A DNA stretch of 64,000 nucleotides from Balamuthia mandrillaris (lineage: Eukaryota): the NCBI GenBank assembly GCA_031835245.2, contig JAVKOQ020000072.1:124001-188000 (forward strand), written 5' to 3'. A program made the position numbers and the translations under genes. The notes under the pieces were generated by a model, which searched no databases, had not been told where the DNA came from, and saw only the letters and a list, made by a program, of their open reading frames with translations. Below are positions 28,322 to 40,464 of the stretch, in pieces; within the stretch, counting starts at the first letter, position 1, and every line of letters begins with the position of its first letter.

Positions 28322-29460
28322 GTTTGTGATTCACTGATCAACTCTCCTAATTGGAAATCTCTTTCTCTTTTTCTCTCTCTCTCTCTCTTGGTTGAGTAAG
28401 TTTGATTACACGATAACACTACTATTCTCATGTATTCTCTTCTTTTCTCCTCTATCTCTTGCTTTTTTAGGGTTATCAAGTCCATTCTGGGATTATTTTT
28501 GTGAGAGCCCAGGTGTTAATTGGTTTGCACTAGTTCACTTAACTGATTTTGTTGAGAAAGGCTAGTGCCTGTGTTATGATTGGTAATCATCTGGCCAATG
28601 TCCTATCATCTCTGAACGACTCCCACCCTTCTTCTCCCAGGTGCTTGACTAGTGCTCAGAGAGTTTTATCCTGAAGCCCTGCAAGGTGGGCACAACTATT
28701 GAGGACTTATTATTTGAGAGTGCACTGTGCTTCAAACAAAATAATTTGCTCCTTTTCCAGTATTACTTAGTACTAGTTCAAAGACTTGTTAACTTGACTG
28801 AAAGAACAACACAACACTCCAAGAGTTCATAGATCTATTGCTATTTGCCATCCATAAGCCCAAAGTGCAGCTAAGGCCCATGTCATGCTTGCCAAGTCTG
28901 CCCTTGAGAAGCTGGTCTTTGATTAGAGCTACTGGTCCACCTTCTGGCTGCCTGTTTTTGTGATCACATTGTGTGAACTACTATCATGAGAGTAGATAAA
29001 AGAGATGTATAAGAGATAAGAGATTTTCCTGCTTTCCTTTTAAAAGAAAACTACAAGAATGAGAATTTTTTTAAAAACCAGGTAATAATGATGGAAAGTC
29101 TTGCAATAGTTAGGGTCACCTGGCTGATTCTCATCTCATAGGCTCGTGTTGTCATAAAGGCATCTCAATTCTCATCTTAGTGGTGGTAGTCATGGAATAC
29201 ATCAGGTAGGACATCATTGTTCTTTTCAATTGTATTTATGCCATTGTATTTGAAGATTACTGAGGAAGTTGATTTTTTTTTCCACACTAGAAGGTTTTTA
29301 TTACTGAAAGGAGATTGCTGCCATTGTCTTTGCTAGGTTTGTTGGGTTTGCATGATAGTATGTTTTCCATGAGCTTCGTGGTAATATGGATGTTGAAGAT
29401 AAGAGAAGGTCATCACTTTTTCCATGTGTATCCACTAATCAAAAATAGGCAACTCCAACA

Positions 29461-29860
29461 TTTCAGGAGCATGGATTTGGTGAGCTTGACATGGCTTTCT
29501 GCAGCTCCGTTGGCTCATGGGTGATACAAAGAAATGAACCAGTGATCAAAACTTGCCTGGTCATATACTACAGATATGATTTTGTTGACAAATTCAGTGC
29601 CATTGTTAGACTGGACGATTTTGGGGAAGCTAAGTTCGCAGATGATCTTGACAAACTCACAGGAGACTTCTTCCACGGATTTGTCCTTGAGAGGGCGGAC
29701 AACCATAAAACATGTGGTGATGTCTGTAATGATGAAGATGTATTGATAGCCCATGAAGTTTGTTTGCAAGGGGCCAGTAAGGTCGATGGTAACATGCTCA
29801 AAAGGAAAGGTCGCATGTATTGACTTGAGAGGGTCAGTACACCATTCCCAAGATTTATAA
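29461..29860 (-). pseudogene. Decayed Ty3/Gypsy integrase core fragment (family B)
   Basis: PLKSIHATFPFEHVTIDLTGPL..YIFIITDITTCFMVVRPLKDKS..FPKIVQSNNGTEFVN..YHP*ANGAAE; rve motifs with an internal stop. Confidence 0.85.
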
Positions 29861-29868
29861 CTTGGTCT

Positions 29869-30669
29869 GGAGGTGATGGGACAAGTATTGTTGAAAAGAA
29901 AGCCAAGAGGATGAGGGCCTTAACTCGAGTGGCCAAGGAGGAGTATTCAGCTGAAGGAGAAAGAGGAACAAGAGCATGGCTATGGCATAACTTCTTGACA
30001 AATGGAAGATGTGTGGTTGGACAACAACGGAGCTTAGTGATTACCAACCCAAGGAAAGAACGTTTGATGAATGCTATTCATTGTGGTATACTGCCCATTG
30101 GAAAAAAGTGGGGAGCCATCCAGCAGTCTGAGAAGGATAGTATGTGCCCTGCATGTGATGCTGAGGAAGAAACAGCAGACCACTTCCTGTTAAGGTGTCC
30201 AAATCTTTGGGAAGATCGATTTAGTGTGGACAATGGAAATGAAGAACAAGTCAGAAAGCTGATTATAGAAGACTGTACAACAAAGCTCCTGTCAAGTGGA
30301 AAGAAATGCAACAGAGCTCAAGAGCTGAAACAATGTAAGCAAAGTTGTAAACGAGTCTGGAGATTATGGGCAGCAAGAGCAGATTGGAAGTATGGAAGTT
30401 CTTCTGCATTTTATCAATCTTTGGAAGTATTGTAATAGCAAGGAATAGAGAAGAAAGGAAAGGGAAAGAAAAGGATAGCTAGATGATACAAAGTTAGTCT
30501 GAAATCTCATTCAACACCTTTCACTTGTGAATTTGAATAACAATTGGGAAGGCATTGAGGATGAGGGAGTAAGAGAAGTAAGAGTACACTATGTATGTAC
30601 AATGCTTACTTTTTATGTATAGATTGGTGTTGCTCTCAGAGCAAATAAACTTCTTATTACTACTACTAC
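29869..30669 (+). mobile_element. 5'-truncated copy of the LINE (C-terminal CCHC region, 3' UTR and (TAC)n tail)
   Basis: ORF 29911..30435 is nearly identical to the C-terminus of 36500..37333 (CPACDAEEETADHFLLRCP). Ends AATAAACTTCTTATTACTACTACTAC. Confidence 0.95.
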
Positions 30670-33600
30670 GCTTGATGCCAAGAAGAGTCGACAGCTCATT
30701 GTTGAGTTTGTTGACGAACTCTTTTCCTTGATCAGACAAAAGCTCCTTAGGGAGGTCTGTGCTCATGAAGATCTCAAGTAAGGCCTTCGCCACTTCTTTA
30801 GCTTGTTTCGTCTTCAATGGACGAATGTCCAGCCAACACGTGAAAGTGTCGATGGTGACCAAGGCATATTGGTACCCTTCGGCCGTCAAGGGCAACTCAC
30901 TGATCAGGTCCATGCAGACCAACTCGCCTGGCTCGTTAGCAATGATGTGACCCAACGGCCCGTCGGCTTTCTTCCGCGGAGCCTTCACCTCCTGGCATTC
31001 CACACAGCCCTTGACCCAACGTTCCACATCTTTGTGAATTCCAGGCCACCAGTACTGCATGATGAGGCGGGAGTACATCTTCATAAGGCTGAAATGCCCA
31101 CCTGTAGGAACATCGTGGAACTGATGAAGTATCTCGTTCCTAAGCTCCTTGGACACGATTTGTTGGACGGTAGCTTGTTTGACCTTGGCTTTATCAGGCC
31201 AAATCGTGTGTAATAAATGTCCGTCTTGAAGGAAGCACTGCTCCATGAGCGCCAACTGACGGGGTGTCTTGTGTTGACATGCCTCCTCGTTGCCTTCAAT
31301 GGCTTCGACGATCCATGAAAATTCATTGTCAATACGGAGCAGCTCAAGCCATGAGTTGGAATCCAACTCCATATCCGGTAAAACCTGCAGGGAGCCATTT
31401 TCTTGTGACTGTATCCCACGGTTGTCTTCATTGTCTGACTGGCTGCCTTCCCCTTCATCTGCGAAAGTAACCTGCTTGTGGTTCTTTGGATGAGTAACAG
31501 TGTTGACTGCACTGAGAGCGAACGGTTCACGGCTGAGACTATCGGCATTGGAATGTTCCTTCCCTGGTCGGTGGGTAACTCGGATGTGGCTGAATTCCTG
31601 CAGCTTGGCAATCCACCTCACCAACTTGCCCGAAGGGTTCTTCTGGGAGAACAGCCATTGCAGAGCTGAATGGTCAGTAACGACACATTCTAACTGCTGA
31701 AGAACATAATGTCTCCAATGCTGTAGGAAGAAGACAACGGTGTAAGCCTCCTTCTCCATGGTGCTCCAATTGAGCTGCAGACCGGAAAGCTTCTTGTTAC
31801 TGTAGGCTACAACATGGTATAGCCCATCCTCTCCTTTCTGCTCCAGAGTTCCCCTGATGGCGTAATCGCTGGCATCACAGCAGATCCGAAAGTCCTTTTC
31901 AGCATCAGGATAGGCAAGGACAGGAGAACTGATCAGAGCCTCCTTAATCCCTTAGAAAGCCTTTTCCTGCTCGTTGCTCCACACGAACTTCGTTTTGGGG
32001 CTCGTGAGGTCGGTGAGGGGCACCATCTCAGCGAGATGATGGATAAACTTGCGATAGTAGTTTGCAAGTCCAAGGAAGCTTTGTAGTTGCTTCCTGGTGG
32101 TAGGGCGTGGGCAATCTTGCACCGCCTTGACCTTGCTCTGTACTGGGCTAATTCCATCGCTAGACACCATGTGTCCAAGGTACTCCATCGTCTCCTTCAT
32201 GAAGGCGCATTTGTTGACCTTCACATAGAGTCAATACTCACGGAGACGCTCAAAGACCTTGCATAAGTGAACGAGGTGGTCCTCAAATGTCTTAGAAAAA
32301 ACAATGAGGTCATTAATATGACACCAAGAAAACTTCCGCTTGAATTCGCCAAAGATCTCGTCCATTCCTCATTGGAATGTAGCTGGAGGGTTAGTAGGTC
32401 TGAAGGGCATAACCACAGGCTCAAACTGACCGGATTTCGTAATGAAGGCACACATATTTGCGGTATGTTCCTCATGGGAAGTGCCAATAACTGCACGCTT
32501 GTTGGAAAACCAACTATTATGACTTCTTGTTGACACTCTCCCCGATACCTCCAATTTTTCTTGCCCTTTTTATTTTCCCCTTTTCCTCGCGACACATTCA
32601 AAGCACACACTTTGGTCCACACCCCTTTTCTTGTGAATAAACCCAGAGTCGCTTACGTGCCGTCCCTTTCTTGATCCGCAGGGTTATTCCCCATCAACAC
32701 GCTAAGTCGAATTTGGATCGGAACTTGGAGCCATGGAGGCAATTCAGTCCGTCCTCAATGTTAGGCATTGGGTAGGAATCCTTCAGCATATGTTTGTTTT
32801 GCTCTCTGTAGTCAATACATAATCGTGGCTTTCTGTCCTTCTTGATGACAATGATCACAGGATGTGCCCATTTGCTGACAGATTTGCGAATGACGCCCAT
32901 AAGCAGCATGTCATCTGTGGCAGCATTGATGGTCTCCTGAACCTTGGTGCTGACCTTGTGAGGCTTCACACGGATGGGGGTATAATCCGTTAGGACTATC
33001 TTGTGGGGTGGAAGTTTGATACTTCCCGGCTCAGGAAGCTTAAGCAGAAGACGTCCTTGTATTCAAGGGCCAGCTCTAGAAGCCGTGCTTTCTGCCCGAT
33101 ATCCAGGTCCACGTCGTTCACGAGCTCTCTCAAGCCTGTCATTACCTCTTCCTCGGTAGGAAGCTCTACCGGGTAGATAACATCCACGACATCTTGGGTC
33201 TCCTTTGTGACTGAGGTGCACACTTGGTCATCATCAGAGTCACCAGACAAACTGTCCACAGGTTTGCTCTCAGCGAGAAGTAACCAGTGTCATCGTGCTT
33301 CCAAAATATCCCAGCCAATAAGAAGATTGTGCGGCATCGGATCATCCTCTGCCAAGACAGCAATGGTTGACGTTCTCACGAGTAGGCATCCGAAAACGAA
33401 GAGTGACATAACCCTTCAGCTTCACTTCATGGCCAGTAGCACTTCTCCACATATCCCCATTATGTAGGCTACTAATTTTCACTCCTTTGGGTAGAAGTGT
33501 TTGTCGGATGAAGCTATCAGTGGCACAGGAGTCCAGCGTGGCCTCGATAGTCCTTCCTCTGGAGATCTTCATAGACATCCTCGGTAGACCACGCACGTTC

Positions 33601-35017
33601 TTGATGACAATATTCATCAATCCTGTCCTTCCACCAGCACTGTCCTTCTGGGCCAGCGCCTGGCTTTGGCTTCCAGACTTGCCCTTTGTGTCCTGCAAAG
33701 CACCACCAAAAGTATCCTTCTTCTTGCTTTGGTCAACACATTTCTTTCCTGAGCACTCTCTTGTCCAGTGCTCTCTCGACTTGCAGTTGTAGCAAAAGGG
33801 TCGTTTCTTCTTCCCATCGTTGCCCAAACTGCTGTCATTGTTGTTCTTTTCTCATCAAGAGCTCCTTGACCGATGGTCCAAGCTCTTCTTCACATGCCAT
33901 CGTCCTTTCCAGTCTCTTGCGAGGTTCAGGGCATCAGCCATATTAGCAATGTCCTCCTGCTGAAGGAATTTCTCCTTCAGGTCCGGAACAGCTCCTGTGA
34001 CAAACTTCTCCAAGACCTGAGTCTTGCTGAAATCCATGAGGAAAGCCTGTCACAGTGCTGTTCGCACTCACAAGTTCCAAGCATCCACAGACTCATCAAC
34101 ATTCATCCAAAGATTTCCAAGCATCATGATCTTAGCAGTTGCTTGGTCACGATGCCAGAAGCAGTTGAGAAGCTGTGTTTTCACTTCCATGAGGGTTAGT
34201 AGGACGCCACCTTTCATTCATTCTTGCTCAAGGAAGCAGCGAATGACATCAGCGTTATCTCGAAGTTGTCCTTCAAAGTGAAGGATATAATCCTGATGAC
34301 TCCAGCCAGCAGCGGTCGCATAGCAGTTGAACCAGGTCAAAAAGATGTTTGGGTCCTCATTTGGCTTGCCATGGAAGGTCAGCAGCATTTCTGTGGTAAG
34401 CAGACTCTGCGTCAGCCAAACATTACCCAAGCTGTCACCAAGGTTTTTGGCTGTGCATCATCAAAAATCTTGATGGTGGGCCGTGAGATTAAGAGTTTTT
34501 CTCTTCTCCTTCTCCTTCTCTTCCTCCTCTTTGCTTGAAGACAAAGAGCTGGACCCAGAGCCAAGACCGTCATCCTTCTGTCCTTTGTCTGCAAGTTGGG
34601 CCTTGAGAAGATTTTGCAGTTGAGAGATCAAGTCATTAAGAGCTGCAAGAGCTACATCGTTGCTTTTTCTTGCTAGTTTAACGTCGTTAGAGAGCACATC
34701 TGCAAAGGTTTCCAACTTTTGATCAAGATGGTTGATGCAGTCAGACAAAGAAGAAGCGCCACTAGCCTGCTTGACCCAGAGCTTGTCATGGTCCGCTTGG
34801 CTTGCACGAAGCTCAGAGAGGGCCTGGTCTATGGCGTCTAGCCTGTCCGTTGGAAGAGTTGTAGTAGTAGGGGAGGGAGTGTGATAAGGCTGGTAGGGGA
34901 ACAACCTAACGGACACCAACTCAATGGACGTAGGGAAAAGACTTTTAATAAAATGAATAGAAGAGATATATATACAAGGAGAGATAGGGATAGGTATTAT
35001 GGGAGAGTGGTATAACA
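30670..35017 (-). mobile_element. Decayed Ty3/Gypsy LTR retrotransposon (family A), 3'-truncated inside the integrase
   Basis: Candidate short 5' LTR begins TGTTATACC at 35017, followed by PBS-like TGGTGTCC near 34917. Then gag with CCHC CYNCKSREHWTREC, protease LDSCAT, RT (RLCIDYR, DSYPMPNIED; YIDD degraded to HIND), RNase H (CDASDYA, EKEAY) and integrase HHCC plus core. Order is PR-RT-RH-IN, with many stops and frameshifts. Confidence 0.93.
32500..32699 (+). mobile_element. Solo LTR (200 bp) nested in the Gypsy RT
   Basis: TGTTG...CAACA termini, 4-bp TSD CGCT (32496-32499 and 32700-32703), AATAAA near 32636. Removing it rejoins RT motif DLA-CSYWH. Confidence 0.85.
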
Positions 35018-35209
35018 GCTAGATGAGACAAAGTTAGTCTGAAATCTCATTCAACACCTTTCACTTGTGAATTTGAATAACAATTGGGAAGGCATTGAGG
35101 ATGAGGGAGTAAGAGAAGTAAGAGTACACTATGTATGTACAATGCTTACTTTTTATGTATAGATTGGTGTTGCTCTCAGAGCAAATAAACTTCTTATTAC
35201 TACTACTAC
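35018..35209 (+). mobile_element. LINE 3' UTR/tail fragment
   Basis: Almost identical to 30478-30669; ends TTATTACTACTACTAC. Confidence 0.95.
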
Positions 35210-35685
35210 CTGCTGCCCAATATGCAATCAACCAATACATCACCCATCACCACAAGTCTTCCCCTTTCCAACTGTTCTTTGGTCACCCTTCTTCCTCCCA
35301 GCTTCCTACTCAAACCTTCCTCTTGGAGAACACCAAGCAAATGCACAAACCTGTCCACCTGGCATCAGCATCTTCTACACAAACACACAGCTCCAACATC
35401 AAGGCTCAACATGATTATTCTAAGCCACTCCACGAATTTACTGCTGGTTCATGCTACACAAGCCTCCCAGGTCTCCCAAGTCGCCTCTTGGAGTACTCTG
35501 GCCCTTTCACAGTCATCCATCACAATCATGGTGGTGTATACCTCCAGGACAGCACTGGTGTTACCCTCTCAGACAAATTCAGCCCCAACCAGCTGAAGCT
35601 CATCGCCCCTCCTGAGGATTCTACCAATGAACTCCTGCCAGGTGAGTACAAAATAGACGAAATCCTTGATCTCAAAGGCCCCTAG
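35210..35685 (+). pseudogene. Gypsy integrase C-terminal fragment (GPY/F region and possible chromodomain start), family B-like
   Basis: LPAAQYAIN..HKSSPFQLFFG..YSGPFTV..YLQDSTG..PNQLKLI..EYKIDEILD. Confidence 0.8.
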
Positions 35686-36499
35686 GCATAGTGAACTGCT
35701 TCCATGAACTCTTGCTTTGCAATAGCATCCAGTGTATTGGTTGATGGCTGGTTGGTGCCAGAAGAAGGCAAAGCCGGTGAAAGAAATGGTGATGAAGGTG
35801 GCAATGATGCTGAAGCCAGTTGCTGAGACAGTGATGTCTGTGCTTGGCTAGCGTTGAGTGCTGCAGGCTAGTGGGGTTTACAGTGATGACCAGGATGCCA
35901 GGGTGCTGAGCACTTATGGCAGGTGTGTTTATTGGAGGATGGAGGATGTCTTGATGATGAAGAAGAATTCAAAGAGGAAGATCATGCTGAAGGGGAGAAT
36001 AATGGGTGCACTCTGAAAGGTGTGTCAGCTGCATGGTAGGATTGTTGGCAAAATCACCAACACTTATCTCAAGACTCCTCATGTTGGATCTGTCCCGGAC
36101 CCTCAGCTTTTCTCTCTTTTATAACCTCCTATCCTTCCAATTTAAAACACATTCTAACAATAGTATAAAATGGTAATACTGTCAGTGTTTTAAAAAATTT
36201 TAATTTGTTAATGCTTGAACTAATTCAGTGATTAAAACTTAGAAATGGTGAACAAAATCAAAATCAAGTGTTCTAGTAGTAATAAAAGTTTATTTGCTCT
36301 GAGAGCAACACCAATCTATACATAAAAAGTAAGCCTTGTACATACATAGTGTACTCTTACTTTTCTTACTCCCTCATCCTCAATGCCTTCCCAATTGTTA
36401 CTCAATTCACAAGTGAAAGGTGTTGAATGAGATTTCAGACCAACTTTGTATCATCTAGCTATCCTTTTCTTTCCCTTTCCTTTCTTCTCTTTTCCTTGC

Positions 36500-39400
36500 T
36501 TACATTACTTCCAAAGACTGATAAAATGCAGAAGAACTTCCATGCTTCCAACTTGCTCTTGCTGCCCATAATCTCCAGACTCGTTTACAACTTTGCTTAC
36601 ATTGTTCCATCTCTTGAGCTCTGTTACATTTCTTTCCACTTGACAGGAGCTTTGTTGTACAGTCTTCTATAATCAGCTTTCTGACTTGTTCTTCACTTCC
36701 ATTGTCCACACTCCAGATTCTAAAGCGATCTTCCCAAAGGTTAGGACACCTTAACAGGAAGTGTTCTGCTGTTTCTTCCTCAGCATCACAAGCAGGGCAC
36801 TTGCTATCCTCCTCAGACTGCTGAATGGATCCCCACTTTTTTCCAATAGGCAGTCCACCACAGCGAATAGCATTCATCAAACGTTCTTTCCTTGGGTTGG
36901 TAATCACTAAGCTCCGTTGTTGTCCAACCAAACATCTTCCATTTGTCAAGAAGTTATGCCATAGCCATGCTCTTGTTCCTCTTTCTCCTTCAGCTGCATA
37001 CTCCATCTTGGCTACTCGAGTTAAAGCCCTCATCCTCTTGGCTTTCTTTTCAACAACTGTCGTTCCGTCACCTCCCTCACCTTCATTCTTCTCCCCTTCC
37101 TCTTCACTTGCTTGGCTTACCTCTTCAAGTAGCTCAAAGTGGCCATCTTGCCTCTCAGCATGATGAATTACTGCTTGTCTTTCCAACTCACAGTAGGCCT
37201 TGATGGTCAACCAGCCCAATTCTGCTCTACAAACCCCCGCCACAGTCCTTCGATGAACTTGCAATACACTTCTTGCTGTCTCATTCCACACTGCTTCGAT
37301 CTTCTTCCACCATGATTTGGAAAGCTCTGTCATACATAATCAATATGACAAGGTAGACTTGACAATAGCCTCTGCAGCAATCTGGGCAGTGCGTGTACCA
37401 AGGCCTTGGGCAATGGCTCCCCGCTGCCTAAGGCTGTAGAGGGCTTGCTTGGCCTTGGTGATCCTCTCCTTGGCATGAGTTGTCCATTCCCCACTTTCTT
37501 CAAACCACAGTCCCAGGTACTTGGCCTCCTTCACCCGTTTCACCGCCTCCCCCTTCAGTCTCCACTCTTGAAAATGAGCCTTCTTTCCTTGTACTAGCAC
37601 CACTGATTTCTTTGCATTGAACTGAAGTCCCAGAGCATTCACTGCCTCCACTGCTACATTCAATCTTCTCTGAAGCTCAAATGGGTCGCTGGCCACCACT
37701 GCCAAGTCATCTGCAAACAACAAGCAAACATTCCTTGCTTTATCTCCTCTTTCCTTCTCCTCTGCAGCTTGTAGCTTTCTTGCCACCACATCAATGTATA
37801 CATTGAACAAGAATGGAGACAAAACTCCTCCTTGCTTAACTCCTCTTTCCACCAGAAATTCCTCTGAAAGCTGCCCATTCATGCGAATAACACTCGTCAT
37901 ACCATGGTACCACTCTGTAATGATACCCCCTGCTGCCTCTTCTGCTCCTCTTTTGCGTAATGTCCTTGCCAGTATGTCATGGTCAAGCATGTCATATGCC
38001 TTGCTGATATCCAACAGAGCAATATAGGTACGTTCTTTGCTTCTCTTCATCAGGCATTTCTTCAACCGCCACACCTGATCCATGACTCCCCTTCCTTTTC
38101 TAAATCCACCCTGGCAATTACTTATCCACCCTTGCTCTCTTGCTTGTATGTTCAATTGTACCAAGATAGCTCCTTCGAACACCTTGGCTGCATTGCATAG
38201 GAGAGTAATACCTCTATAGTTTGCTGGATTCTGGGGATCTCCTGTCTTATGCAAGGGAATAACCACCCCCTGTTTCCACTCCTTGGGGAATATGCCTTGG
38301 TTCTCAATGACCTTGATCAGCGTCCAAGTTGCATCTTGCACATGTTTGCCTCCATACTTCATCATTTCCCCATCAATATTGTCCACCCCAGCTGCTTTGC
38401 CCACCCTCAATCTTTTCCTCCATGCAAGATTAAAACTCTCCTTCTTAAGCCAGTTACTACCAGACCAAGGCAGTCCTTCTGGACCTGCTTCCTCTCGATG
38501 CAAGCTCCCAATGGAAGAATCCTTCCTTCCCAGCTTTGCCCAATGTTCCTTGAAGGCTGCTGTGCTACCGTGGTGCTCCATAACTGCTTTGGGCTCTGCT
38601 CTACGCTTTGCCACTATCCTCCACATGTTGCCGATCCATTTCTGCATTTCCTTGATGTTCTCTTGTCTTTTCCACTTCATCCAGTCCCATTTGTTGGCTC
38701 TCCACAACTTCACAAACCTTTTTCTGAGTTCCACAAATTCCTCTCTGGCCTTTCCATCATTCTTTCCTTCTCTTAGCCACTGAGCATGGGCTATCGCTAC
38801 CTGCTTGTTCAAGGATGTTAACTCTGCTGTCCACCATGGCTTCCTTGCCCTGCTTGTTGTTGCTCCTATCAGTCTCCTTTCTCTACCAAACCATCTCATT
38901 GCACAATCCCACAATCCTTTTTTCCACTTGCTCCAAAGATCTTCAACAGTAGCTGCTCCCTCCCGTGTTTTCTTGACCATGGCCTTCCATTCCTCTCCTT
39001 TGAAGAAACGCTTGCACCCGCGTTTGTACTCCCTCCACCTCCTCTTGCGATCTTCCTCCGAGTAGGACTTCCACTTCCATCGTTCCATCCAAACCCCGCC
39101 ACAACTATCTGCTGGGTCCTTCAACTCGACTACCAGTGGTCGATGATCGGTCCAAGCTTGCCATCTGTCACCAACTACCTTGCCCGTCCATCTCCATGCT
39201 ACCACATAGTCCACAATGCTCTTTCGTTTTCCAGCTCTCCATGTAAATACTGGCGCTTCCTCTTCGAGCTGAGGCAACGAGAGGGCCAGCCTTTTGAAAG
39301 CCTCCACCAACACCTTTCCTCTCGCGTTGTAAGTAGATTCACCTCTACCATTCCATCCCTTTCCAACCCTGGCGTTCCAATCACCTCCAATAATCAGGGG

Positions 39401-39805
39401 TCTTCCTTCCTTGACCACGTCCAGGATTCTTTTCTCAATCGCAGCCAAGGTGACCTTAAAGTTGTCCACGGTACCTCCTGGAGGGAGATACACTATACCG
39501 ATTATAAAGATGCAACCCTGTCCCGCCAGTTCCACCCAAGTGGAGTTGGGTGTTCGCCACTCTTTCCTTTCTCTGATGTTCCCCTTGAAGCCCTCTCGAA
39601 CAAAGAAACCTGCGCCACCCCTTCCATAGCCACTCCTCCCTGGAGCAGCCCCTCCACCCATCCACCGATACCCCTCCAATCGAGGGGCAACCATCCTCCT
39701 ATGTTCGCACACTCCAAAAATGTCAAATTGCTTACTGTCAGCCCAACAGCTGACCAATTCCTCTTGTCCCCAGCCCCTAGAGTTGACAAACGCTACTGAA
39801 GTCAT
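36500..39805 (-). CDS. LINE ORF3: apurinic endonuclease, reverse transcriptase and C-terminal CCHC; one in-frame TGA at 37340-37342
   Basis: EN motifs FVNSRG, GVCEH, VYLPP, GGDWNA, IVDY, TDHRPL. RT motifs NYRGITLL, QGGFRKGR, LDISKAYD, GVKQGGVLSP, LFADDL, KYLG. ORFs 37340..39805 and 36500..37333 are in one frame (TAT TGA TTA TGT ATG). Confidence 0.95.
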
Positions 39806-40464
39806 TGGGTCTCCTCTCCTTCCTCCTCCACAATGTCAGACCAGTTGGCAGCACCATGATACTCCTCCTCAGCCAGCGCGATGCTTGAGAGATCCAAAGA
39901 GCTGTCCAAGGCCACTGTTCCAACATTCTCCTCCTTTTCCTTCTTCTTCTCCATCTTTCTTTGCTCTTTAGGCTTCCACAGCGGTTTACCTTCATTCTTG
40001 GCTTCTTCAATTCGGGCTTTGCCCACCCACCAGCGGGTAAAAGCATACAGCCTGGCTCTTTCCGCAATAATGTCTTCGGCAGCCTGGGCCGTCTCCAAAG
40101 TAACTCCCCAATGCTGCGTGCCATTCTTCTCTCCTACTTTCCACACTCCGCCGTGCTTGAGCCCCAGCTCGAAGATCCTCTCACTTACCTTTTCCTTCTT
40201 AAGGTCCTTACCGCTCACCACAATCGATCTGCCCTCCACCGCCCCTACCTTGGAGTAGGGACTGGCAAAGCCATACTTTGGTTTTACTGTAGACCAATAG
40301 TTCGGGGCGGTTACTGTATCTTTGGTCCACGTCCTCCTGTATATGTTGGAGTTATCCTGCCAACATATCCCTTGTTCCTTTGCCATTTCTTCCTTCCAGT
40401 ATTCCAAGCTTGGCGCGCTGACCGTAGTTGCCGTTGGAGGGAAATTCCTTTCCGCAGTAATCAT
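39802..40464 (-). CDS. LINE ORF2 (about 220 aa, unknown function; basic then acidic C-terminus)
   Basis: ATG at 40464 overlaps the ORF1 TGA, and its own TGA (39802-39804) overlaps the ORF3 ATG. Possible RRM-like centre (inference). Confidence 0.7.
   Translation of the reverse strand: MITAERNFPPTATTVSAPSLEYWKEEMAKEQGICWQDNSNIYRRTWTKDTVTAPNYWSTVKPKYGFASPYSKVGAVEGRSIVVSGKDLKKEKVSERIFELGLKHGGVWKVGEKNGTQHWGVTLETAQAAEDIIAERARLYAFTRWWVGKARIEEAKNEGKPLWKPKEQRKMEKKKEKEENVGTVALDSSLDLSSIALAEEEYHGAANWSDIVEEEGEETQ

Noticed and set aside
29400..29460. TGTTGGAG on the minus strand at the integrase B breakpoint as another LTR end
   Set aside because: No matching opposite terminus or TSD could be found.
30521..30669. 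Integrase C-terminal peptide SSSNKKFICSESNTNLY..., repeated in ORF 35061..35243
   Set aside because: It is antisense read-through into the LINE tail, not a real protein segment.
30478..35209. Direct repeats of about 190 bp flanking the Gypsy gag-pol, read as its LTRs
   Set aside because: They are the LINE 3' UTR: contiguous with the LINE ORF3 end elsewhere, no TG..CA ends, and the left copy cuts into the integrase.
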